From assembly GCF_001997385.1 (NCBI RefSeq), contig NZ_CP019633.1, positions 2,040,001-2,072,000 on the forward strand: 32,000 nucleotides of DNA, given 5' to 3'. Under the pieces are notes generated by a model, which was given only the letters and a program-made list of their open reading frames with translations, ran no database searches and was not told where the DNA came from. Numbering within the stretch: position 1 is the first letter of the stretch; every line of letters starts with the position of its first letter. The stretch comes from Sedimentisphaera cyanobacteriorum. GTDB lineage: Bacteria; Planctomycetota; Phycisphaerae; Sedimentisphaerales; Sedimentisphaeraceae. This document shows positions 1 through 7,761 of the stretch, in pieces. The translations under genes and the position numbers were made by a program.

Positions 1-174
1 AAGTCCGGTTAACGCAGAATCTGCATTTTCTGAAAGGTTTTTGCCGGATTTTGGCGAATTTACGGAGATTCCCGCTAGTCGGCAGGCCGCTTCAGAGAAC
101 ATCTCGACCAGGATGGCTCGGCGATGAGCGGCAGAGAGTTTTTCGGCATAGCTTGGCGATTTAAGTTTTGACAT
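1..174 (-). CDS. Hypothetical protein, N-terminal 58 codons only (gene runs off the left edge)
   Basis: ATG at 174 with GGAG 6 nt upstream. Translation is MSKLKSPSYAEKLSAAHRRAILVEMFSEAACRLAG... The first 31 codons are duplicated at 11158-11250. Confidence 0.45.
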   Translation of the reverse strand, partial: MSKLKSPSYAEKLSAAHRRAILVEMFSEAACRLAGISVNSPKSGKNLSENADSALTGL

Positions 175-264
175 GTTCAGCTCCAATCGGGGGTTCGGTT
201 TCGGTTTACCTGACACCCGTTGTTAACTCACTGAATTGTCATGCTGTCACGATAGAGCGGGGTT
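82..264. repeat. Repeat A, copy 1 (5' end and upstream region of the gene at 1-174)
   Basis: About 183 bp, roughly 90% identical by eye to 11158-11339, same orientation. Confidence 0.9.
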
Positions 265-312
265 CATGATAGCTGGTTGTTAAGCGAAATCCGGCGGGAT
301 GAGAGCTCGCGA

Positions 313-692
313 CCAAAGTGTGGTACGTTTTGAAAAGATAGAATCGTCTGCCACGCGATTTACCCGAAGATGGTTCGATTATGGTAAGAGAGCAAAACAA
401 TAGAACTTTTGGCAGAGAGGTTTAGAGAGTTCCGGGCCAGTTCGGCGGAGAATTTACCGTTTTATTGGCAGCCCAAAGAAAACAGAGAGCGGTAGGATAG
501 AACCGCCTTAAGCCATAAATCACCCGAAACCCCCCAATTTTACGCCAAATATGCGGATATTGAAAAAGCCCAGCCATTTCCATGACCGGGCTTCTTCGTT
601 AATCGTTAGCAGTGGATTTTACGCCACTGGTTGTTTTTGGCTCCGTATAAAAACGGCACAGGGGTAAATTAGATAGAAATTTACTGCCATTC
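313..692. repeat. Repeat B, copy 1 (non-coding, about 380 bp)
   Basis: Collinear with 15911-16287, roughly 85-90% identical by eye. No conserved ORF. Four conserved GATAGAA-type heptamers and conserved hairpins. Confidence 0.85.
563..593 (-). terminator. Rho-independent terminator-like hairpin inside repeat B
   Basis: Minus strand reads AAGCCCGG-tcatggaaatgg-CTGGGCTT followed by TTT. It is conserved in copy 2 near 16168-16198. Confidence 0.45.
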
Positions 693-823
693 TATATTTG
701 GGGCGGTTTACAGATATTATTTTTTGATGCAAAATTAACATAAGGCAATTAATGCCCCCCGATAGCCTCAGCAAAAGGTCATTGTTAAAAGAAATGTGGC
801 GATTCAAAAATATGAAATAAAGA

Positions 824-1708
824 TTATTTTCGAGATCTTCTAATGGTAGCAGCTCCTAAAGCACCTAATCCGAAAAGAAGAGCAGTTGTTGGTTCTGGAA
901 TTGCAGTACCTTGGTATTGACCTGTTTGAACTCTACCAAAAAATGCAGAATCATATCCTAGTCCAATTTCTCCATTATTGTAAGTCAAATCTTCTAGTGA
1001 TCCAAAAGCGCCATTAAGCAGTCCACCATTACCAGTAAATGTTCCATCTCTATTGAAGTCAAGGAAATAATTTTCTCTTGAACTTGGAGCATCTTTAGTT
1101 GTAAGTAAGAAACCAATGTTTCCATTGTCTAATTTATAGGCTTCTGCACCAGTAGGTGTTCCATATTGTGATCCTAAAACTCCAAAGTTGATTGTGTCAG
1201 TAACTAAAAGAGAATTCAAATCCCATTCTTTTCCAATAATTTCATTATTGCCATTCACTGCGAATGAATATGCTTTATTTTCACTAGCTAGAGCTCCAAG
1301 ACCGAATGAATTCAGTCCAGCACTTCCTAGTGTGCCTTGCGAACCAAAAGGAGCAAAATTACCAGTATTATTATCCATTCTATAAATCACATTATCAATT
1401 CCTAAATGTAGTGTATAATCATTTCCTAAGGACGCAGCATCCTGCATGGTATGTTCATTAGAATATTCCGCAGTCTCTTGGAAGTTTCCAGAGAAATTCT
1501 TATCTAGTTTAAAAGTGTCGGAGTTTCCGGTTAAGTAGAAATCATCAGTTGCTTGTGACATACCGTATATCGGTCTATCCGTCAATGTGGACTGATCAGG
1601 ATTAAATGACACTATCGCACCATCAGCTTTCTGTGCACTTCCAACAAGTGCTGCAAGACCTACTAAACCACCAGCAAGGATGTTTCTTAGTGTTTTTTTA
1701 AATGACAT
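824..1708 (-). CDS. PEP-CTERM sorting-domain protein (secreted, Gly/Asn-rich)
   Basis: The ORF track starts at 1747. I prefer the ATG at 1708 (AAGGAG 10 nt upstream), which gives the signal peptide MSFKKTLRNILAGGLVGLAALVGSA. The C-terminus is IPEPTTALLFGLGALGAATIRRSRK. Confidence 0.85.
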   Translation of the reverse strand: MSFKKTLRNILAGGLVGLAALVGSAQKADGAIVSFNPDQSTLTDRPIYGMSQATDDFYLTGNSDTFKLDKNFSGNFQETAEYSNEHTMQDAASLGNDYTLHLGIDNVIYRMDNNTGNFAPFGSQGTLGSAGLNSFGLGALASENKAYSFAVNGNNEIIGKEWDLNSLLVTDTINFGVLGSQYGTPTGAEAYKLDNGNIGFLLTTKDAPSSRENYFLDFNRDGTFTGNGGLLNGAFGSLEDLTYNNGEIGLGYDSAFFGRVQTGQYQGTAIPEPTTALLFGLGALGAATIRRSRK

Positions 1709-1767
1709 TTGAATATTACTCCTTAATAATAAGCTGACATTTCCCATTTAAACTGTTAAAAACATAA

Positions 1768-1796
1768 ATTCTAATAACGATATCCTAATTTTACAA
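1768..1796 (-). promoter_or_regulatory. Candidate sigma70-type promoter for the PEP-CTERM gene
   Basis: Minus strand reads TTGTAA, 17 nt, TAGAAT, about 60 nt upstream of the ATG at 1708. Confidence 0.35.
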
Positions 1797-2126
1797 AATT
1801 CAGACCCGCAGGGTCAATAAAATTTTATTCCATGCCTAGTTTTACTCAAAACTGTGTACATGTACGTCTTCAGCAAAAAACTAATGGGGACAGTCACCTA
1901 TTTTCTTAGTTAATAATCCTATTATACTTCTCCCTTTAAATACCACAACACAAACTTTGACAAAATTTATCAGCAAATGCACTATGAAAGGCAGATGTTA
2001 GAAATTAGATGGTAGAAATTAGATTTTTTAATGGGTAAGGAACTTTCTGACCCGCGGATCCTTCGCCTGCTAAAGCAGGACACGAAGAGCTGCGAAGCAA
2101 AATCCTAAATCAAAAGCTATAAATCC

Positions 2127-2153
2127 GAAAAATAAGGAATCGGCTTAGCCGAT
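2127..2153 (-). terminator. Candidate terminator after the 874-aa gene
   Basis: Minus strand reads ATCGGC-taa-GCCGAT followed by tccttattttt. Confidence 0.35.
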
Positions 2154-2230
2154 GCTTTAAAAAGGGTTGTCATGCCGACCGAAGCGGTGTCCGAGTGAAT
2201 GTGCTTGTTCTGCCCCTGCACATTGCCCCT

Positions 2231-4855
2231 CTATCTCTGCCTTCTTGTCTTCCTATAAATCCCGACCTCCTTGATGAAGATCGCAGCCTTCTCGTCTTCG
2301 CAGGCAAAGCGAAAGCGAACCTTTGCATCAGTCGAGAATGTTGCAGAATTGTGTTCGACCCGGATATATCCGTAGTCGGTCGAGCGATTGTTGAAATCGC
2401 CCCTGCCAGGTCCGTATCCTCGCTCGAATTCCCGCAGATTCACCCAATCACCATCCGACCAAAGATCGACAAAGAGTGTTCCACCTGACGCCACTCCCTC
2501 TGGCAGGTAGCGAAATGCAATCTTCAGTTCCTCGCTTGAGGAAAGGTCTATCGTTTCCCGATGTACCATTTGAGAACCTGGCGTCATTCGGACCGCCTCT
2601 TTCTCCGGATCGAGGGAGCAGTGATTGCCCTCACAAGCGAACCCTTCGAGGTTTTCTGTGAATGTCGCGCGGCGTATTTCATCGAACTGGTTTGGAATGT
2701 AGATATCGTTGAGAAATCGGATGACGGCGCCAGCCACTCCTTCGGGATCATCTTCAGGTGAATAGTGACCCGTCCTGAATTGCGGTTGCTCCAGACCAAA
2801 TGCGCCTGGGGTGCTTGAAATGTATTCGTCTCGCCGATTCTGCACATCGGGCATGTCCATGCTCTCCCAGATGACCAGATAGGGCCTGTCATAGGAGGAA
2901 GTCAGAAAATCCCAGGCTTTCTGATTGGCCTTCGCTTCCGGCCAGGTGGCATCTTCAGGGACCATTTCAGGAAATGCGCGAATCGAAGCCTGATAGTCAC
3001 CCGTTGGATAAGGAGCGTCGTAGCCTCTTTTCTCGGCGTCCGTGCCGGGAGGCAAGCCCATGTTCTGCCGGACGTCATTACGGAAGACCACCGCGCCGAT
3101 AGGAACCTTAGGAACCGAACGGACAAAACTTCGCCAGCGATCATGGCGCTTTGCGATTCCCCATCGCCCTCGGTTCAGTCCCGCATTCCCATTGATGAAT
3201 CCATCAAAACGATCCGGGTAATGCTCCGCCATCAGGCGCGCGCCCAGCGGATGCCCGTAGTCGTGACCGAACAAAACGACTTCTTTGAGAGCGAGTTCAG
3301 GGTCTTCGTCCAGTTGCTTGAACGCCTGCCGGATCCACTCAAGGTGGCGATCATACGTGTAGTCGGACTCTTTTGCCGGTTTGTCGGATTTCCCGTGGCC
3401 GACATAATCAATCCTAATCGTCCGATAACCCGCTTCGTTGATCAGCGGAACGACCTTGCGAAAGAGATACGACCATGACGGGTTTCCGTGGAGCATCAGC
3501 AAGGTGGGCCGATTGGCCGGTCCGGAGACCGCGTAATGCATGCGGATTCGGCGGTTGCCGTCTGGCAGATTCGGATCATCCACATAGAGATAACGCGGCT
3601 CGAATGGATAACCGCGCAGATTGGCGAAGTGCTCATCCGGAGTGCGCAGCAGTTCCATTGCGCCGTTCTCGGGGGCCTTCTGCTTGCTCTGTGGACTGTC
3701 GGCCTTGCGCGCATTCTTCTGGAAAAACTCCCACATGAGGTCATTAGCGGAGATGTCCTTGGTGGACTTCCCCAAGAAGGCTACGGGCGGATTCTGACCC
3801 GGCCATGTGTGTCCGCCACCCTCAATCTTGATCAGCACCACTTCCGATCCGTCCCGGCCGTTGCCCCAAGTCTTTCGCACGACCTGCATCCCATCGTCGG
3901 CGACATCCGGCAACTTCTGAACTCTCGGAACCGGGCCGCAGCCGTTCGCCTTCACCCAGGCCTGGATCGAGTGATCCACCGAGAAGAACTCGGGTCGGAG
4001 GAATGCCGGGACGTTCGGAGACCCTTTCCCCTTTCCACCCTTGAACGGGGCCAGCTCGTCCGCCGTCCCGTGGAAGTGGATGACCGACACCGGCCGAGAG
4101 GGGGTGCACGTCTCGGTCCCCATCGGCCCGCCGACCGGAGCGATCGCCGCGAACCGGTCGGCCAGTTCGGACGCTACCCGGTACGCCATCATCCCACCGT
4201 TGGAGATGCCAGTTGCGAAGACCCGTTCCTTGTCCACATTCACGACTGCTTCCAGGTCGCCGAGCAAAGCCTTTGTGAACCCCACGTCGTCGATCTTCTT
4301 CCGCTTGGCATACCCACCGACGTTGCCGGCGTTGAACGTCAGATTCTTATCTTTGTCGGTCCCACTGCCGAACGGGTAGACGACAACGAATCCGGCGTCA
4401 TCCGCCTTCTCGTTAAGACCGCTCAGCCGGATCATACTCTGCGGGTTGCCGCCGCCGCCGTGAAATGCGACTACAACTGGCGTTTTTCGATCCGCTGTGT
4501 AATTCGGAGGAACGTGGATTCGGTAACGGCGTTCTTGTCCTTCTACGTCAATGGTCCGGGTGCGATCGCCCGCTCCGAAGGCGCCCCCGGCTTCCTCGGG
4601 CTGCGCAGGACGACGCATGGATCGCGCGATCGCACCGGCGAATTCCCGGAAGCTGAGCAAACCGTCGTTGTCTAGGTCAGCCCCCTCCAGACGCGATTCT
4701 AACCGTGGGACGGTTTTGAGTTCAGTCGCCGATAGCTGACCGTCTTTGTTGGCGTCCAGCCGCTCAAACCCTTGCCGCAGGCGGGGGCCGTCCTGAGCGG
4801 CCGCACAACAGACCAAGAAATACAGCAAGCATAAAAGGACGGATGTCTGTCTCAT
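2231..4855 (-). CDS. Secreted multidomain hydrolase: signal peptide, EF-hand loops, PHB-depolymerase/LpqC-type esterase, haloalkane-dehalogenase-like alpha/beta hydrolase, C-terminal beta-rich domain
   Basis: 874 aa. EF-hand loops DANKDGQLSATE and DLDNDGLLSFRE. Esterase motifs VAFHGGGGNP and GISNGGMMA. The second fold shows LMLHGNPSWSYLFRK...GHGKSDKP...LFGHDYGH. GGAGG RBS present. Confidence 0.9.
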   Translation of the reverse strand: MRQTSVLLCLLYFLVCCAAAQDGPRLRQGFERLDANKDGQLSATELKTVPRLESRLEGADLDNDGLLSFREFAGAIARSMRRPAQPEEAGGAFGAGDRTRTIDVEGQERRYRIHVPPNYTADRKTPVVVAFHGGGGNPQSMIRLSGLNEKADDAGFVVVYPFGSGTDKDKNLTFNAGNVGGYAKRKKIDDVGFTKALLGDLEAVVNVDKERVFATGISNGGMMAYRVASELADRFAAIAPVGGPMGTETCTPSRPVSVIHFHGTADELAPFKGGKGKGSPNVPAFLRPEFFSVDHSIQAWVKANGCGPVPRVQKLPDVADDGMQVVRKTWGNGRDGSEVVLIKIEGGGHTWPGQNPPVAFLGKSTKDISANDLMWEFFQKNARKADSPQSKQKAPENGAMELLRTPDEHFANLRGYPFEPRYLYVDDPNLPDGNRRIRMHYAVSGPANRPTLLMLHGNPSWSYLFRKVVPLINEAGYRTIRIDYVGHGKSDKPAKESDYTYDRHLEWIRQAFKQLDEDPELALKEVVLFGHDYGHPLGARLMAEHYPDRFDGFINGNAGLNRGRWGIAKRHDRWRSFVRSVPKVPIGAVVFRNDVRQNMGLPPGTDAEKRGYDAPYPTGDYQASIRAFPEMVPEDATWPEAKANQKAWDFLTSSYDRPYLVIWESMDMPDVQNRRDEYISSTPGAFGLEQPQFRTGHYSPEDDPEGVAGAVIRFLNDIYIPNQFDEIRRATFTENLEGFACEGNHCSLDPEKEAVRMTPGSQMVHRETIDLSSSEELKIAFRYLPEGVASGGTLFVDLWSDGDWVNLREFERGYGPGRGDFNNRSTDYGYIRVEHNSATFSTDAKVRFRFACEDEKAAIFIKEVGIYRKTRRQR

Positions 4856-4890
4856 GTAAGATTCCTCCTGTCTATCGCCAGAACGACAAC
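4045..4890. repeat. Near-identical duplicated tract, copy 1 (5' third of the 874-aa gene plus RBS)
   Basis: Matches 10115-10960 at a fixed offset of 6070. Shadow ORFs 4465-4656 and 10535-10726 translate identically. Confidence 0.85.
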
Positions 4891-4945
4891 AATCACCTCT
4901 TGGGGTGCCTACACGACAACAAGGTGAATGATTTTGTTCAGTTTC

Positions 4946-7600
4946 CTATTTCATGATGCCTTTGAATATCCAGGCGGTGTTGTGGTTCTTGCGATCGTTG
5001 GCCGCGCCGTCGTAGCCGCCGGTGTAGAATTCGCGGGTATTCCAGGGCGCGAACTCGAGGGTGCGGGTGGAGACAAGCAGCGGATGCGGATCAAGGTTCG
5101 GATCGAACACGCGGACCGTGTCGTAGGTGGCGTCGGCGTGCCGAATCAGCAGCCAGGCGGCGCGGGTGTCGTTGGGCTTGATTCCCGCCACGGTGACCCA
5201 GTGGATCGGTTGGCCGGTAACCGGATGCCGGCCGGGAACGAGGCGGTTGTAGGCGACCAGCCTGCCGCCGCGGAAGTTGCCGAGCTGCTCTTTGAGGAAT
5301 TGCTGGGAGTTGAGTTCATCGGTGACCTTGTGCCCATCTTCAGGGTCGATGCGGAGGATGCGGACTTCCTGTTCTCTGGAGCCGAGTATGACCTCGTGGG
5401 TGCCGTCGGGCGCGGCTACGGCTGTTATTCCGCGCAAGCCAGCGCCGGGCCGCTGTTCCGGTTTCCAGCGAAAGACCGCCGTCCACCTCGGCTCGGGGCC
5501 GTCGCGACGTACCAACAATCGCGGCGACACGGAGGCGTAGAGCCGGCCGTTGGCCACGGCAAAACCCTGGCAGCGCTTAAACGGGCTGTCATCAAAATCG
5601 GGGTTCGCATACTCCGGCGTCGATTCCCACCGGATGCGCCCGGGCACGGTAGCGTCGTAGCTGCCGCGGTAGACCTCGCCGGCGCCGGTGCCCGCAAACA
5701 GGTATTCGACGCCGGTCTTCGCGTCCCGGTGAAAGCCGAAGGCGCGGATGTAGGCCCGGTTCGCATTCGTCACGATCCGGCTTTCGTCCCACCCGCCCGA
5801 TCCGTCGTTTCTGACGAAACACACGAGCGCGCCCGACCCCCGGGAACGAATCAGCCCGGCGTCGGCAACGAGCAGGGTAACGGGCGATCCCAGTTTCTCG
5901 CCACGGTGATCGACCGAGAAGGTCACCGAGTCCATCGCGTTGATTCGAAGAGCCCCCGAGAAATTGTGTTCCAGGCGCCACAATTGGTCGGGCCCATCCT
6001 TGCGGAGGATCTGCGCGCCGGGCCGTGGGTCGCTGCCGGGTTGATCGGTCCAGTAGCCGAGACCGGCGAACAATTTTCCTTCGTGCGCAACCAGATGCAT
6101 GGTCTCGGTGCCGCCCAGGAAATGCCCCTCGGGATCGCGCGTTCCCGCAAGATAACTATGTTCGAAGGTCACGCTATTTTGGCTCCCCGCGCCCTCACGA
6201 TCGGGCGGTTCCGCAGCGTAGGCGGTGATCCGGGCGGGAAATCGCGAAGCATCGTCGCCAGCGTGCAGCCGCATGATCAGCGCTGTCATCGGATCGTCCA
6301 CCGTGCCAATGAAGGCATTGATCTGACCGTGATCAAGCGGAGCGACATCGATGGCTTGCGCCGGCGTGCAAGCCTCCCGGAGCGCGCGTGCGAAGTCCGG
6401 CGCGAAGCGGTTCAGGAGCATCCGCGTGCCGCCGTAGAAGATCAGGGTGGGCGGAATCTGCTTGTCAGGCTTTACGTGCAATCGGGGCGAGGCGTCGCGC
6501 CAGTTGGCCGGTTTGTCCGTGAAAGCGTTGTGATAGAGTGCCGTCATGCCTTTGCCGTCTTGCGCCTCGAGGTAGCCCGCGATGTCCAGTGCGGCGGTGT
6601 CCAGCAACACGTTGCTCTTGAGGATCGCCAGAGATTTGCCTTCGGCCTTGAGGAAGCGATCGTTCGTGCCGATCAGGCCGGCCAGGTGCGCTCCGGCAGA
6701 GTGCCCCATCAAATGTATGCCAGCCGGATCACCCCCATAGTCATCGATGTGATCGTGAATCCAGGCTATCGCCTTGGCGCAGTCCTGCGCGTGAACCGGA
6801 TGCTGCACGCCCGCGTCGTTCGGCCCTTGCGGCGACAAGCGATAATTGATCGAGGCGTAGATATAGCCGTTACTGACGAAATGGTGCATCTTGCCGCCGA
6901 CGATGGCTCGATTGGCCTTGTCGCCTCCCCGCCAGCCGCCACCATGAATCATGACAAGAACTGGGCGCCCCGTTTGCGTCGTTTTGCCTTCCGGCACGTA
7001 GAGGTCCAAGCTCAGCAGGTTCGGGTCGACGCCCTCGATCTCGTCGTAGCGGAGATCGAGATGGGCGGTGTGCGGGGGTTCCTGCGGCATCGCAGGCGCA
7101 TTTCGTTCCGTTTCCGTCCTGCGATTCCGCGGCCCCGCGTTGTTGCCCGGCAGTTCGTTCTGCTCGATAACCCCGTCGCCATTGCGATCGAGCCTGTCGA
7201 ACCAATCTGGGCCACCGGCTTCGGCCTGGGTGAACTTGCCGTCGTTGTCAGCATCGAGTCGTTGGAACAGGCGTTCTTGACGGGTCACCTCAGACTCCGT
7301 CTCTGGCAATGCACCGTTCATGGCCGCGGGCGCCGGCCGGTTCTGGCGACGTTCCTCCCGTCGCCAGCTGCGGGCTTCATCCGGGGTGATTGTGCCGTCG
7401 CCGTTTGCGTCGGCATCGGCTCCCGCCAAGCGTTCGGCAACCGGGGCAAAGCGGGGCGCCTCCTCGTGCGACAAACTGCCGTTGCGGTCGGAGTCGAGAC
7501 GTTTGAAGGCGCGGTCGAGACGATCACCGGCGGCTTGGGCATAGACCGGGCCAGGCTGCAGCATCGCCGCGAAACAGACGAGTGCTAGGACAGACTTCAT
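4946..7600 (-). CDS. Secreted EF-hand + alpha/beta-hydrolase (esterase/lipase-type) protein with a large C-terminal domain of unknown function
   Basis: 884 aa. Signal peptide MKSVLALVCFAAMLQPGPVYAQA. EF-hand loops DSDRNGSLSHEE, DADANGDGTITPDE, DADNDGKFTQAE and DRNGDGVIEQNE. Hydrolase motifs VMIHGGGW and GHSAGAHL. Confidence 0.9.
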   Translation of the reverse strand: MKSVLALVCFAAMLQPGPVYAQAAGDRLDRAFKRLDSDRNGSLSHEEAPRFAPVAERLAGADADANGDGTITPDEARSWRREERRQNRPAPAAMNGALPETESEVTRQERLFQRLDADNDGKFTQAEAGGPDWFDRLDRNGDGVIEQNELPGNNAGPRNRRTETERNAPAMPQEPPHTAHLDLRYDEIEGVDPNLLSLDLYVPEGKTTQTGRPVLVMIHGGGWRGGDKANRAIVGGKMHHFVSNGYIYASINYRLSPQGPNDAGVQHPVHAQDCAKAIAWIHDHIDDYGGDPAGIHLMGHSAGAHLAGLIGTNDRFLKAEGKSLAILKSNVLLDTAALDIAGYLEAQDGKGMTALYHNAFTDKPANWRDASPRLHVKPDKQIPPTLIFYGGTRMLLNRFAPDFARALREACTPAQAIDVAPLDHGQINAFIGTVDDPMTALIMRLHAGDDASRFPARITAYAAEPPDREGAGSQNSVTFEHSYLAGTRDPEGHFLGGTETMHLVAHEGKLFAGLGYWTDQPGSDPRPGAQILRKDGPDQLWRLEHNFSGALRINAMDSVTFSVDHRGEKLGSPVTLLVADAGLIRSRGSGALVCFVRNDGSGGWDESRIVTNANRAYIRAFGFHRDAKTGVEYLFAGTGAGEVYRGSYDATVPGRIRWESTPEYANPDFDDSPFKRCQGFAVANGRLYASVSPRLLVRRDGPEPRWTAVFRWKPEQRPGAGLRGITAVAAPDGTHEVILGSREQEVRILRIDPEDGHKVTDELNSQQFLKEQLGNFRGGRLVAYNRLVPGRHPVTGQPIHWVTVAGIKPNDTRAAWLLIRHADATYDTVRVFDPNLDPHPLLVSTRTLEFAPWNTREFYTGGYDGAANDRKNHNTAWIFKGIMK

Positions 7601-7761
7601 AGCGTCTCCAGGGAAGGCATTGGGGGAACGGAAGCAAGTATGATGGTCAAGCCGATGGTGATGATTACTTTCATGGTGACGAGCCCCTTCATACAGGGCG
7701 ACCCTGCCGCCACGGCGGAGATTTCATTGCCAATGATTTGAGCCGCCCGGAGCGCCTTCAT
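7597..7761 (-). CDS. Possible 54-aa small membrane ORF bridging two hydrolase genes (alternative 24-aa version from the ATG at 7674)
   Basis: Not in the ORF track (under 60 aa). MKALRAAQIIGNEISAVAAGSPCMKGLVTMKVIITIGLTIILASVPPMPSLETL. Its ATG overlaps the stop of the 1055-aa gene (ATGA) and its stop overlaps the ATG of the 884-aa gene (ATGA). Confidence 0.3.
   Translation of the reverse strand: MKALRAAQIIGNEISAVAAGSPCMKGLVTMKVIITIGLTIILASVPPMPSLETL

Noticed and set aside
313-692. Repeat B as RNase P RNA, tmRNA or a tRNA-containing att site. It contains GAGTTCCGGGC, ACAGAGAGC...ACCGCC and GGTTCGATT strings.
   Set aside because: The universally conserved AAAGTCC core of RNase P is absent. The GGTTCGATT string is not conserved in copy 2 and has no flanking T-stem. 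No tmRNA tag or acceptor end is present. The element also occurs twice at only about 85-90% identity.
619-807. A 62-aa minus-strand ORF between repeat B and the PEP-CTERM gene.
   Set aside because: It overlaps the non-coding repeat, has no RBS and a poor composition, and the frame is not preserved in repeat B copy 2.
3488-4675. A 395-aa plus-strand ORF, together with similar plus-strand ORFs at 9691-10449 and 10140-10772.
   Set aside because: These are antisense shadow frames of the esterase genes. They are Arg/Pro-rich with no motifs. Their mutual identity only reflects the duplicated DNA tract.
4928-7588. An 886-aa ORF on the plus strand, as long as the minus-strand gene it overlaps.
   Set aside because: It is a shadow ORF typical of high-GC DNA. 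It is Arg/Gly/Ala/Val-rich with no signal peptide or recognisable motif. The antisense 884-aa frame has a signal peptide, four EF-hand loops and HGGGW/GHSAG hydrolase motifs.
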